Source: an uncultured Candidatus Binatia bacterium (GTDB taxonomy: Bacteria; Desulfobacterota; Binatia; Bin18). From it: DNA of 64,000 nucleotides. Below the pieces are notes generated by a model. That model was not told where the DNA came from, searched no databases, and worked only from the letters and a program-made list of their open reading frames with translations. Shown piece by piece: positions 28,421 to 37,913 of this stretch (positions are counted from its first letter, which is position 1; each line of letters opens with the position of its first letter). The position numbers and the translations under genes are program-made. The DNA lies in NCBI GenBank assembly GCA_965200355.1, contig OZ241351.1:1714426-1778425 (forward strand), given 5' to 3'.

Positions 28421-30457
28421 TCACCAGGGACGACTCCGCCGCTGACGCCCGTCGTCGTCTTCTTCAATGAGAAAAACCGGCTTCAGAATGCGACGCGGAA
28501 TGTCTTCCAGAAAACGCGACGGTTTACTGAGGACCATGCCGGTGGTGCGATCAAAGATATTGATGGGGTACGAAATAAACAGATTTTCTTTCGCCCGGGT
28601 GGCGGCCACATACATCAGCCGCCGCTCTTCTTCGAGTTCGTCGTCCTCTTTATTGTACAGCGAGGGGAAACGTCCCTCGACCGCCCAGATGATAAACACC
28701 GAGTGCCACTCCAGCCCTTTTGCCGAGTGAATGGTCGAGAGGGTCAGGACCCCTTCTTCATCTCGGTCGGTTGCCAGCACATCGCCCACGCTGCTGTTGG
28801 GCGGCTCCAGGGCCATGTCCGACAGGAGTCGGCTCAGGCTGCGGTAGCGTTCGGTCATAATCGAAAAATGCTCCAGGTCTTTCTGGCGCTTGGGATAATC
28901 ATCGCGCTGATTCCGTTTGAGAATCGGGAGATAGTACTGCACGACCAAGTCGATCTGTTCGCGCGGCTGAAGGGTGGGGTCGGCAACAGTCTGGAGCGCG
29001 GCGGCCAGTTTCTGCACCTCAGCCCTGACCGCGCCACGGCCGGGATAGTCGGCCAGGCGCTGGAGCGGGGCGGCTCCCTCAAGCATGTAGTTGAGAATTT
29101 TGTCGCTGCTTTTTGGTCCTACCCCTTCAAGCAGGAGGAGCACCCGGTGCCACGACACCGCATCCTGCGGATTAGCCAGCACCCGCAGATGGGCCAGGAC
29201 GTCTTTGACGTGGGTGGTCTCGATGAACTTGAATCCGCCCCGCTTCACGAACGGCAGGTCGCATTTGCTCAGTTCGATTTCAAGATCAAACGAATGAAAG
29301 CTGGAGCGGAAAAGGACGGCCATCTCGGTCAGGGGCACGCCTTCTTCGCGTAGTTCCAGAATTTTTTGGGCCACAAAGCGCGACTGATAACGCTCGCTGT
29401 CGGCCTCGATCAAGGCCGGCTGAAAGCCGCTGTCTTTTTTGGTGAACAGGTTCTTGGTGTAGCGTTCCTTGGCCTGGAGAATAATTTCGTTCGACAGATC
29501 GAGAATCGGCTGGGTACTGCGGTAGTTTTCTTCGAGCTTGATGACCTTGGTGTCGGGAAACAGGTCCGGGAACTCGAAGATATTGCGGACGCTGGCCCCA
29601 CGAAAACTATAGATAGACTGGGCGTCGTCGCCGACCGCCATGACGTTATTATGCGAGTGCGCCAGCAGACGCACAATTTCGGCCTGGAGCCGGTTCGTAT
29701 CCTGATACTCATCGACCATGATATAGCGATAGACCTGCGACAGGCATTCGGCCACCTCCGGCTGGCTGCGCAGCAATTCACGCAAATGGGTCAGCAGGTC
29801 GTCATAGTCGAGCAGGCTGCGTTCGTGTTTATACTGCCGGTAAGATGCCTCAATCTGGCTGAGGGGGTCGAGTTCAGAAAACAGATGGGGAAACTGCGAG
29901 TCGAGCACTTCCGCCACACTAGTGGTCTTATTGGCCGCCAGGCTGATGATCTCGGCAATGGTCTGTTTGCGCGGGAAGCGACGCGCCTTTTTGTCCAGGC
30001 CGAGGCGCGTGCGGATCAGATTGATCGCATCTTCGGAGTCGCCCCGGTCCAGAATCGTGAAGGCGTTAGCAAAGCCGAGCAGGGAGGCGTAACGCCGCAG
30101 GACGGTATTGGCAAACGAATGAAACGTGCCGCCGGTTACCGCATCACAGCGGCCGCCCATGAGGGCCTCGGCGCGCTGGAGCATTTCTTCCGCAGCCCGG
30201 CGGGTGAAGGTCAGGAGGAGTAAACACGCCGGATCAACGCCTGCTTCGATCATTCGCGCGACCCGAAATATCAGGGTGCGCGTCTTGCCGCTGCCGGCGC
30301 CGGCCAGCACCAGCACCGGACCATCGCGGGTGGTGACGGCCTCATACTGGCTGGGGTTCAGCTCGCGCTGGTAGTCAATGCTAAAGTGCTGCGGTCGCTT
30401 GCTGTCTGCATCCGACCGCAGCACATATTTGACAGGCCGGCTCTCGTCGCGTTCCAC
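28421..30457 (-). CDS. ATP-dependent DNA helicase, UvrD/PcrA/Rep family
   Basis: GTG start. ...LNPSQYEAV...VLAGAGSGKTRTL (motifs I and Ia). SF1 helicase motifs throughout. Confidence 0.85.
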   Translation of the reverse strand: MERDESRPVKYVLRSDADSKRPQHFSIDYQRELNPSQYEAVTTRDGPVLVLAGAGSGKTRTLIFRVARMIEAGVDPACLLLLTFTRRAAEEMLQRAEALMGGRCDAVTGGTFHSFANTVLRRYASLLGFANAFTILDRGDSEDAINLIRTRLGLDKKARRFPRKQTIAEIISLAANKTTSVAEVLDSQFPHLFSELDPLSQIEASYRQYKHERSLLDYDDLLTHLRELLRSQPEVAECLSQVYRYIMVDEYQDTNRLQAEIVRLLAHSHNNVMAVGDDAQSIYSFRGASVRNIFEFPDLFPDTKVIKLEENYRSTQPILDLSNEIILQAKERYTKNLFTKKDSGFQPALIEADSERYQSRFVAQKILELREEGVPLTEMAVLFRSSFHSFDLEIELSKCDLPFVKRGGFKFIETTHVKDVLAHLRVLANPQDAVSWHRVLLLLEGVGPKSSDKILNYMLEGAAPLQRLADYPGRGAVRAEVQKLAAALQTVADPTLQPREQIDLVVQYYLPILKRNQRDDYPKRQKDLEHFSIMTERYRSLSRLLSDMALEPPNSSVGDVLATDRDEEGVLTLSTIHSAKGLEWHSVFIIWAVEGRFPSLYNKEDDELEEERRLMYVAATRAKENLFISYPINIFDRTTGMVLSKPSRFLEDIPRRILKPVFLIEEDDDGRQRRSRPW

Positions 30458-30558
30458 ATGGCGCAGTGTATAGTGGCGAGGGACGAGGGGCTAGGGGTTC
30501 GTGACAAATCGGCACCCTCCACTGGTCACTCACCACTCTGTCCGGTATGTAGGAGGCG

Positions 30559-30801
30559 ATGAGGGGTAAGACCGCACACCTGAACCTGCGGGGCGTCAAA
30601 TGCCCCTTGAATTGGGCCAAGGCCAAGGTGCGGCTGGAATACCTTGACCAGGGCGACCAGCTTGTCCTCGTCATTGACGACCCCAAAGGCCGGCGTGATA
30701 TCCCGCGGGCCGCGGAAGCGGAAGGGTATGCCATTGTGGAGATTGTCCAAACCCCGAAATCGGATACCTCCCAGCAGTGGCGCATCGTGATTGAGAAATA
30801 A
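30559..30801 (+). CDS. TusA-like sulfurtransferase (SirA/YedF/YeeD family)
   Basis: ...LRGVKCPLNWAKAKVRLEYLDQGDQLVLVIDD (CPxN/CPxP-type active site). Confidence 0.65.
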   Translation: MRGKTAHLNLRGVKCPLNWAKAKVRLEYLDQGDQLVLVIDDPKGRRDIPRAAEAEGYAIVEIVQTPKSDTSQQWRIVIEK

Positions 30802-30802
30802 T

Positions 30803-31006
30803 ATGGCAAATGAGGGTACGAAGTTTGACCTCCTCCGGCTCGCCAAAGCGGTGTTTCAGCACCGGCGGACCAAGCACCCTTACGGCTCCAACTATGCGGT
30901 CAGCATCCGTATGGGACATGCCGATATCCAGGATTTTACGGCTATTGCCGATATCCTGCTGGCCGTTGAAGAGCTGGGCTACGAAATGAAAAAGAAGCCG
31001 GAATAG
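30803..31006 (+). CDS. hypothetical small protein (67 aa) immediately downstream of tusA-like gene
   Basis: ATG 1 nt after the TusA stop. No recognised domain. Confidence 0.35.
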   Translation: MANEGTKFDLLRLAKAVFQHRRTKHPYGSNYAVSIRMGHADIQDFTAIADILLAVEELGYEMKKKPE

Positions 31007-31028
31007 GCCAGGGTGAGGGGGGCTTCCG

Positions 31029-32348
31029 TTACACCCGGACCCGGGTCCAGCCGCCGGTCTGCCAACTCCAGACAAAGATCACAGTCTGGAGGATACGGTA
31101 GACGATTCTGACTATCCAGATCGCCAGCAAACCGCATCCCCATACGGCCTGCATGGCAAAGGCGATGGGCAGAAACAGACACCATTGCAGGGTCAGGGAG
31201 ACCACCATCACTCGCCGGCTGTGCCCGGCTCCATAGTGGGCACTGATCAGCACAGAACCGAAGGCTTCGATTGATGTGGCGGCAGCGGAGAGTTGCAGCG
31301 GCAGCCGGGCGAGCGCCAGCGTTTCCGGGTCGTGCAGGAACAGCAGCAGAATCAGGTCGGGCGCGAACAGGAGCGGCAGGGCCAAGCCGCCAACCAACAG
31401 CATGGAGAGGCGAGCCACATACCAGCCCCAGGCCCGTGCCTCCGCGACCTTACCAGCGCCCAGGGATTGGCCGACAAAAGACGCCGCGGCCATACTAAAC
31501 CCATTGGTCAAGAGAAACAGCAGCAGCAGGACGTTGGACAGGACATGACCGGCGGCGAGTTCCGCGGTGCCGATATTGCCCAGAATCCAGAAAAAGGCCA
31601 GCAGGCCGGCGGCAAAGAAGACGTGCTGAATGCAGGCCGGAAGCGAGAGGCGCACCAGGATCAGCAGCGTGGCCCGGTCCGGCCAGCGGGCTAAAAAGCC
31701 CCCGGCACGGGCATGGCGCAGAGCGGTGAGCAGATACGCCGCCGACCCGACATACAAGGCCGTGGTGGTGCCGATACCAGCCCCGAGGACCCCCAGCCGT
31801 GGCGCACCAAGATTGCCGAAGATCAACACCCAATTGAGGAAGATATTGGTGAGATTCATCAGAATAATGGTGCGCATATAGAACTTGGACAGATTGACCG
31901 CGTTCCAGTAGCTGCGAAAGACAAAGTTGGTGCCCATAGCGAGCAGGCCGACCAGACGCGCCTGAAAATAGACCGTCCCGTGGGCGGTGACCGCAGGGTC
32001 CTGTCCGAGGATGGCGAACAGGGTCGGCGCGAGATGAACCAGCAGGGCCGAGGTCGGCAGGCTGAGCACCAGGACGAGTAGCAGCCCGCCATTCAACGGC
32101 ACGGCGACTTCACTCAGGCGACCGGCCCCCAGCCAGCGGGCCGAGGTGGCCTGTACGCCGGTTGCCAAGCCGATGATGAACGCCCCGCAGGTAAAGGTTG
32201 AGAACTGAGCCAGCCCGACCGACGCCAGCGCCTCGTCGCCCAGCGCGCCCAGCATGGCCGTGTCCACCATATTCATGATGTTCTGGGAGATCATGCCGCC
32301 CATGATGGGCAGGGCAAGGTTAAGCGTCCGGCGCAGGCGGGAGGTCAC
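31029..32348 (-). CDS. MATE-family efflux transporter
   Basis: 12 TM segments. MATE N-terminal signature ...LALPIMGGMISQNIMNMVDTAMLG. Confidence 0.8.
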   Translation of the reverse strand: MTSRLRRTLNLALPIMGGMISQNIMNMVDTAMLGALGDEALASVGLAQFSTFTCGAFIIGLATGVQATSARWLGAGRLSEVAVPLNGGLLLVLVLSLPTSALLVHLAPTLFAILGQDPAVTAHGTVYFQARLVGLLAMGTNFVFRSYWNAVNLSKFYMRTIILMNLTNIFLNWVLIFGNLGAPRLGVLGAGIGTTTALYVGSAAYLLTALRHARAGGFLARWPDRATLLILVRLSLPACIQHVFFAAGLLAFFWILGNIGTAELAAGHVLSNVLLLLFLLTNGFSMAAASFVGQSLGAGKVAEARAWGWYVARLSMLLVGGLALPLLFAPDLILLLFLHDPETLALARLPLQLSAAATSIEAFGSVLISAHYGAGHSRRVMVVSLTLQWCLFLPIAFAMQAVWGCGLLAIWIVRIVYRILQTVIFVWSWQTGGWTRVRV

Positions 32349-32382
32349 GGGGTAAGGGTCCGTCCGTGGTGGCCTAGAGCCG

Positions 32383-32520
32383 TTTTCATTCTCATTGCGG
32401 CTGCGTCAGTCCGGCGCTGACACGGACCGCGCTGAGCGCGCGGGCCAGTTCAAACTCCGGCTCCAGCGCGTCGTAGGCGGCCCGATAGTCCGATCCTAGC
32501 TCTATTTCTGGTGCAGGTCT
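32383..32520 (-). pseudogene. truncated XRE-family HTH gene remnant (no start codon; stop directly after ...SAGLTQPQ)
   Basis: Minus-strand translation ...YRAAYDALEPEFELARALSAVRVSAGLTQPQ*, similar in architecture to the XRE N-terminus at 6704-6958. Confidence 0.3.
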
Positions 32521-32534
32521 CTCACCGTGCTCAT

Positions 32535-33659
32535 TTATGGAAAATCCACGCGTAGCTCTTGTCCGAGCGGTCCAGCTATTTGGATCGTTTTATTGATTAT
32601 CTCTCTAATCGTACCAGCGGGGAAATTTTTCCAAAGCCACCATCCTGGAACGACCTCAGTAGAGTGTTTTTCGTTGTATTCGGCGTCTTTTTTAGGATGA
32701 AGCTGGTATCGGTCTCGTGACAAATATCTTATTTCTCGCCCCCGTATCTGATCAGCAAATCTTTCCAGGAACGTCGAATCTTCTTGGTGAAGAAGCTGAA
32801 GAACCTTCTTCAGTGCCCCAATAGCTTTGTCTTCTTGATAAGGTGTCCCTTTGAAAACAATACTGAAGGTTCCAGTTTTTCGGGTACGCGCCTCTTGTGT
32901 GTTCGGTGTTTGTGGGGACGGGTTTTGTGGCAGACTTCGCTCAGACGGGCCAAGCTCTTTAGGGGTGCTTTTCCGTATTGACTCCAGAAATTCCTCACAG
33001 GCGGCAGGTTCCGGTTTGTAGCCGCAGAGATCGGCAACCTTCTCCGCCAACATTTCTAGCAGCAAAGAATCCGGTTCTTCTAACAAGGCATTCCAGGCTT
33101 TCGGGAAAGTTCTCTCTATTTTGCGGTCCTGCACAACATTCTGGTAGTCAGACTTTGCAGCCTCCAGGGCTTCCCCGGAACAGACTCTCTCATAACTGAG
33201 ATACCGATTCAGTCTTTCAACCACCTCATCCGTATCTCTCTCCAATATGTCGAGTTTATACACTCGGCGCTCGTCATAACGCCCTTGTTCACCTGGCAAG
33301 TAGAATATCCATTCTTGTCCGTCGGTCAGGACGGCCATTGGAACTCCAACGTGAAAGACGTATTCAAATAACTGGCGGTCGGCTGCCTCGGATAAGTTTC
33401 CTACTTTTTTCACCTCAACAAAGACACTCGGCTGCCTGGGAGAATGACACAGCGCAAAATCAACCCGGCGATTCTCTACCGAGTATTCAGGAATAACGAG
33501 AGAGGTATCAAAAATGTCCCAGTCTAACCCCTGTAAGATACGACGAAGGATGTCCTGAGAAACCTCTGCCTCCGATTCGAATTTCTTCTGCTGCAAGTCG
33601 GCTTTAACTCTTTCTATCTGTTCCGTGAGAGGCATAGTGCTCCTTCCTCTATCATTCAT
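32535..33659 (-). CDS. hypothetical protein with N-terminal HSDR_N-type (type I restriction enzyme R N-terminal-like, PD-ExK) domain
   Basis: ...SEAEVSQDILRRILQGLDWDI...ENRRVDFALC...PSVFVEVKKVG. The C-terminal ~200 aa are unknown. Region GC is clearly lower than flanks. Alternative start at 33635 (MPLTEQ). Confidence 0.5.
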   Translation of the reverse strand: MNDRGRSTMPLTEQIERVKADLQQKKFESEAEVSQDILRRILQGLDWDIFDTSLVIPEYSVENRRVDFALCHSPRQPSVFVEVKKVGNLSEAADRQLFEYVFHVGVPMAVLTDGQEWIFYLPGEQGRYDERRVYKLDILERDTDEVVERLNRYLSYERVCSGEALEAAKSDYQNVVQDRKIERTFPKAWNALLEEPDSLLLEMLAEKVADLCGYKPEPAACEEFLESIRKSTPKELGPSERSLPQNPSPQTPNTQEARTRKTGTFSIVFKGTPYQEDKAIGALKKVLQLLHQEDSTFLERFADQIRGREIRYLSRDRYQLHPKKDAEYNEKHSTEVVPGWWLWKNFPAGTIREIINKTIQIAGPLGQELRVDFP

Positions 33660-33699
33660 GGTCGCGCCAGCTTTACATCACTGCCCTGCTTTCTCAAAA

Positions 33700-33918
33700 C
33701 TACGCGGACAACAGTCGGCCCCTTGGCTCTGGAAGCGGACGCCCTTGTTCTTCCGCCGTTTCTATCCACTCCCTCATGATCACCTCAACATTGGCGAGCG
33801 CTTTCTTGTAGGTTGATCCATCAGCCATGCAGCCGGGTAGCTCGGGAACTGCGGCAATATAGGCGGCGTCCTCTTCGCTCCAATAAATAAGAATTTCGTG
33901 TTTCCACTTACGGCTCAT
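33700..33918 (-). CDS. HicB-family (UPF0150) antitoxin-like protein
   Basis: ...YWSEEDAAYIAAVPELPGCMADGSTYKKALANVEVIMREWIE...GRPLPEP, a typical HicB N-domain. No hicA neighbour. Confidence 0.6.
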   Translation of the reverse strand: MSRKWKHEILIYWSEEDAAYIAAVPELPGCMADGSTYKKALANVEVIMREWIETAEEQGRPLPEPRGRLLSA

Positions 33919-33944
33919 GATCTCCTCCGGCCAGACGATTTCGC

Positions 33945-34698
33945 CTACCCCCGCCCGATAAACGGCATTTTGGTGGCCATAACAGTCATGAATTGCACAT
34001 TGGCGTCGAGCGGCAGGTTGGCCATATAGACGACCGCCTGGGCGACGTGTTCGACATCGAAGGTCGGCTCGGCTGCGACCGAGCCGTTGGGTTGCGGCAC
34101 ACCGCGTTGCATGACCGCGGTCATATCGGTCTCGGCGTTGCCGATGTCGATCTGGCCGCAGGCAATATCGTATTGACGCCCGTCGAGTGAGGTTGATCTG
34201 GTCAGGCCGGTCATAGCGTGCTTGGTTGCGGTGTAGGGCGCGGAGTTGGGCCGGGGCACATGGGCCGAGATAGAGCCGTTATTGATGATGCGCCCTCCCC
34301 GAGGGTCCTGGTCTTTCATGATCTTGAAGGCTTCCTGGGTGCAGACAAACGCGCCGGTCAGATTCACATCCACGACCGCCCGCCACTGTTCATACGGCAG
34401 TGCTTCCAGGGGGACGGGTGGAGCGCCGATGCCGGCGTTGTTGAATACGACGTCAAGCCGTCCAAAGGTGGTTTTTGTGGTGGCAAACAGGGCACGAATA
34501 GCGTCCGGGTCCCTGACATCAGTGGGGGCAATCAGCGTCTGCGCCTCACCGCCGGCCTCTTTGGCCGTGGCTGCCAACAACTCCGCCCGCCGTCCGGCCA
34601 AGACAACCGCATAGCCTGCCCGGACAAGCGCCAGGGCACTCGCCTTGCCAACTCCAGTGCCCGCCCCGGTAATGAGGGCGACCTTTGTATAGGTGCTC
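33945..34698 (-). CDS. SDR-family oxidoreductase
   Basis: [13 protein letters not shown] (TGxxxGxG); ...YTATKHA (YxxxK). Confidence 0.8.
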
Positions 34699-34779
34699 AT
34701 ATCTCTGCTCTCCTTCACGTGTAGGCCGGAGCACAAAAAACGAAAAACTGCCTACTAAAAACCGACTCCTAAAAACTAC

Positions 34780-35616
34780 CTACTCAACCCCAGTGCGCTT
34801 CCCGAACGCCGGCGCACGCTTGTCCAGGAAGGCGCGCATACCCTCGCGGGCGTCGTCGGACAGAAAGGCTGCTTTCTGGGCGCGGTACTCATAAGCCAAG
34901 GCTTGTTCGAGCGAGGCGGTCGCCCCGAGGTAGACGCCCTCTTTGATGCGGGCCAGGGTCTCGGCCGGACCCGTGGCCAGCGTCCGGGCAAACGTCAGCG
35001 TGTCTTCCCAAAAACGCTCCAGCGGATAGACCTGATTCAGCAGGCCCAAGCGCAGGGCTTCGTCGGCTCTGACCCGGCTGCCAGTCATCATCAGTTCCAG
35101 GGCCTTGGCCGTGCCCACCAGGCGGGACAAAAAGAAGAAGCCGCCCCAGTCGGGCACCAGACCAATTTTGACAAAGCTCTCAGAGAAGAGCGCTTTGTCC
35201 GAGCCGAGCCGCAAGTCGCAGCTTAAGGCCAAGTTAGCACCCGCGCCGGCCGCCGCGCCGTTGACCGCCGCAATAATAGGCTGGGGCATACGCCGCAGCA
35301 ACTGAACGACCTGGCTGCCAAGGGCCATGCGCTGTTCAAGCACCTCGGTCGTGTTGGCGTCCTGGAGCTTGGCCATGCTGGCGATGTCACCGCCGGCGCA
35401 AAAGGCTCGGCCGGCTCCCGTAATGATAATGCAGCGGACGCTCCGGTCTGTGGCCCACTGTTCGAGCTGATTGAGCAGCTGACCGCGCATGGTGTCAGAG
35501 AAGGCGTTCATGACCTCGGGCCGATTCAGCGTCAGAATGCCAATATGGTTGCTCACGGTAGTAAGCACGTGGTGTTCGCTCATGCGGTCCTCCAGTTCGT
35601 TGATGCTATCATCCAA
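34780..35616 (-). CDS. enoyl-CoA hydratase/isomerase family protein (start possibly 35581)
   Basis: Crotonase motifs (GAGRAFCAGGDI, ...AAVNGAAAGAGANLALSCDLRL). Confidence 0.8.
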   Translation of the reverse strand: MDDSINELEDRMSEHHVLTTVSNHIGILTLNRPEVMNAFSDTMRGQLLNQLEQWATDRSVRCIIITGAGRAFCAGGDIASMAKLQDANTTEVLEQRMALGSQVVQLLRRMPQPIIAAVNGAAAGAGANLALSCDLRLGSDKALFSESFVKIGLVPDWGGFFFLSRLVGTAKALELMMTGSRVRADEALRLGLLNQVYPLERFWEDTLTFARTLATGPAETLARIKEGVYLGATASLEQALAYEYRAQKAAFLSDDAREGMRAFLDKRAPAFGKRTGVE

Positions 35617-36973
35617 TCAGCGTCATAAGCTGGGCAATTTGCGGGGCCTCCAGGGTTTCCAGCCGTTCGACAAGCTGAATACATTGCTGCGTGTGTTCTT
35701 CGGTCAGGTGGACGCTGAGGCAGTCTCGAATTTTGACCAGGTGGTCGGTGTGTGCGAGAGGCGGCCGGCCCCAAAAGCCCGGCGGTCCATCACAGCGCGC
35801 CGTCAGGCGTTGGCCGTCCTGGAGTTCGACCGCAACGTCTACCCACATGCTTTCCAAAACGTCAGGAATCGTCCCGTCCTGGGTCAGCCGAGTTCGAGAC
35901 AAAAGGGCTGCCAGAGCGGGCCGGGCGCAAGCGTCGTCCGAGAAGGTCTGCATCGAGACCGCGCCGTCGAGCAGGGCGGCGGCCACCGTATATTGAAAGC
36001 TGAATTTCCCGTCCAGACCACTGTGGAGAGCAGGGAGGTCAACATAGGGCATGACCGGGGCAGTAATATGGACCGCTCGAATGGAGTCGGGACGGGCGAT
36101 TTGCCGGCGGAGCGCCAGCGCGGCCAGTATCCCGAAATGGGTGCCGTACTGACAGGGGAACATCTTCATCACAAAGCCCGGATCAACCATGCGATACGAC
36201 TGCCCCAGGCGCAGCAATTCATCATACTGAAACTGCGCGCCAAAGAAGTGTTCGACATACCCGTTCGGCGCTTCAAAAACCGTTGGGTTGCCGGTAAATC
36301 CACGGGCGGCCAATAAAGCTGCATCCAAACCGGATAGGGCCGCCCAGCCACAGTGGATCGCCTTGGCCATCGTCCCGACATTGGCCATCAGCCCACCCAC
36401 CCGAGACGCGCTAATCCCGAGCGCGTGTTGAAGCTGCTCCTGGCTGAGTCCCAGCAGGTGGGCGGCGGCCACCGCCGCGCCCATGAGACCGAAGCTGCTT
36501 GGCGGATGGACGGTAAACGCGCCAGGCGCGTATTGATGCGAGGCCAGCCGAATATGTCCTTGCAGCTCGCAGCCTTTGACAAAAGCCGTGATGATCTCTC
36601 GGCCCGAAGCCTGTCGCTCTTCGGCCAGGGCGAGAATAGCCGGCAGAGTTGGGGACGTGGCGTGGGTGGGCGGACTCCACATCGGCTCATAGTCCAAGAC
36701 GTGCATGGTGATGCCATTGGCATAGGCCGCCAGAACAGGCGCGGTGCGAAAGCCCTGGCCAATAACGGTTGCCGTTTCTTTTCCGCCCTGACTTTTGACA
36801 TGGGCGGCGGCAATGCGAGGCCCCGACTCGGTGGCTCCGGCCACGGCCACGGCAAGGCCGTCGAGGATGACCTGCTTGGCCACCGTAATCACTGCGTCTG
36901 GCAGCGACGCAAACGTCATTCGGGTCAGCGTCTGACACAAGGCCGCTGTGACGTGAGGCGATGGGTTCGTCAT
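35609..36973 (-). CDS. MmgE/PrpD-family protein (2-methylcitrate dehydratase-like)
   Basis: Full-length MmgE/PrpD similarity. Confidence 0.75.
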   Translation of the reverse strand: MTNPSPHVTAALCQTLTRMTFASLPDAVITVAKQVILDGLAVAVAGATESGPRIAAAHVKSQGGKETATVIGQGFRTAPVLAAYANGITMHVLDYEPMWSPPTHATSPTLPAILALAEERQASGREIITAFVKGCELQGHIRLASHQYAPGAFTVHPPSSFGLMGAAVAAAHLLGLSQEQLQHALGISASRVGGLMANVGTMAKAIHCGWAALSGLDAALLAARGFTGNPTVFEAPNGYVEHFFGAQFQYDELLRLGQSYRMVDPGFVMKMFPCQYGTHFGILAALALRRQIARPDSIRAVHITAPVMPYVDLPALHSGLDGKFSFQYTVAAALLDGAVSMQTFSDDACARPALAALLSRTRLTQDGTIPDVLESMWVDVAVELQDGQRLTARCDGPPGFWGRPPLAHTDHLVKIRDCLSVHLTEEHTQQCIQLVERLETLEAPQIAQLMTLIG

Positions 36974-36976
36974 AGT

Positions 36977-37909
36977 TCAGATATTTCCGCCAACATCGCG
37001 GCGTTTCTGGGCCGGCGGTTTCCTTCCCTGGTCCTGACCGCTCAGAAACCGCTGTTGCCATGCTTGTGCTTCAGCCAGGCCAATCAGCTCCTCTCGTTCA
37101 GCAAAAGAAACCATGTCTGCCGCCATCGCGGCAGTATGGCCGTGGGTGTGCAGTGCGGCTGCGGCCCGCTGCATGGCCCGGATTGCAGCCCGTTGCAGGT
37201 CTGACGGTACAATCATCAGGCGGTATCCAAGGGCGGCGAGCTGCGCGGCTGGAACCAGCGGCGTTTTGCCGCCCCAGAACATATTGATAATGAGCGGCGC
37301 TTTGACTTCCAGGGCTATCCGCTCAACTTCTGCCAGCGAGTGGGGCGCTTCCACAAAAATCATGTCCGCCCCGGCCTCAGCATAGGCATTCCCGCGCGCA
37401 ATCGCTGCGTCCAACCCCAGGCCGGCCCGGGCGTCTGTCCGGGCGATAATGACGAGGGCGCTGTGGTCACGCGCCTCTACTGCGGCCTGAATTTTCTGGA
37501 CCATCTCGGCCTGGTCAACCACCTGGGTGCCCTCATAATGGCCGCAGCGCTTGGGCTCCACTTGGTCCTCAATATGCAGGGCCGCGGCACCGGCGCGCGC
37601 ATACGCCCGAATCGTCCGCCTGACGTTCAGCGTATTCCCATAGCCCGTGTCGGCGTCCACAATCAGCGGGAGGGTCGTGACAGCGCGAATCTCTTCCAGC
37701 CGCTTTTGCATTTCCGTGAAGGTGACCAGACCGATATCGGGATAGCCCATACTGCGCGCAATGGCACCACCGCTCACATATAAGACTGCGACGCCGGCCG
37801 CTTCGGCAATCCTGGCCGACAGCCCATCGTACACGCCCGGAGCCGTAATGAGCTCTTCCTGGGAGAGAAGCGCTCTGAGCTGGGTCGGCCCTTGGGGCGT
37901 TTGCCGCAT
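36977..37909 (-). CDS. isocitrate lyase / PEP mutase family enzyme (methylisocitrate-lyase-like)
   Basis: ...ITAPGVYDGLSAR...IVDADTGYGN...KRCGH... motifs of the ICL/PEPM superfamily. Confidence 0.75.
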   Translation of the reverse strand: MRQTPQGPTQLRALLSQEELITAPGVYDGLSARIAEAAGVAVLYVSGGAIARSMGYPDIGLVTFTEMQKRLEEIRAVTTLPLIVDADTGYGNTLNVRRTIRAYARAGAAALHIEDQVEPKRCGHYEGTQVVDQAEMVQKIQAAVEARDHSALVIIARTDARAGLGLDAAIARGNAYAEAGADMIFVEAPHSLAEVERIALEVKAPLIINMFWGGKTPLVPAAQLAALGYRLMIVPSDLQRAAIRAMQRAAAALHTHGHTAAMAADMVSFAEREELIGLAEAQAWQQRFLSGQDQGRKPPAQKRRDVGGNI

Positions 37910-37913
37910 CGCC

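Noticed and set aside
27475-28467. 330-aa minus-strand ORF
   Set aside because: Antisense shadow of the alpha/beta hydrolase and argS 3' end.
29366-30223. 285-aa plus-strand ORF
   Set aside because: Antisense to the UvrD-like helicase gene.
35489-36316. 275-aa plus-strand ORF
   Set aside because: Antisense to the MmgE/PrpD and enoyl-CoA hydratase genes.
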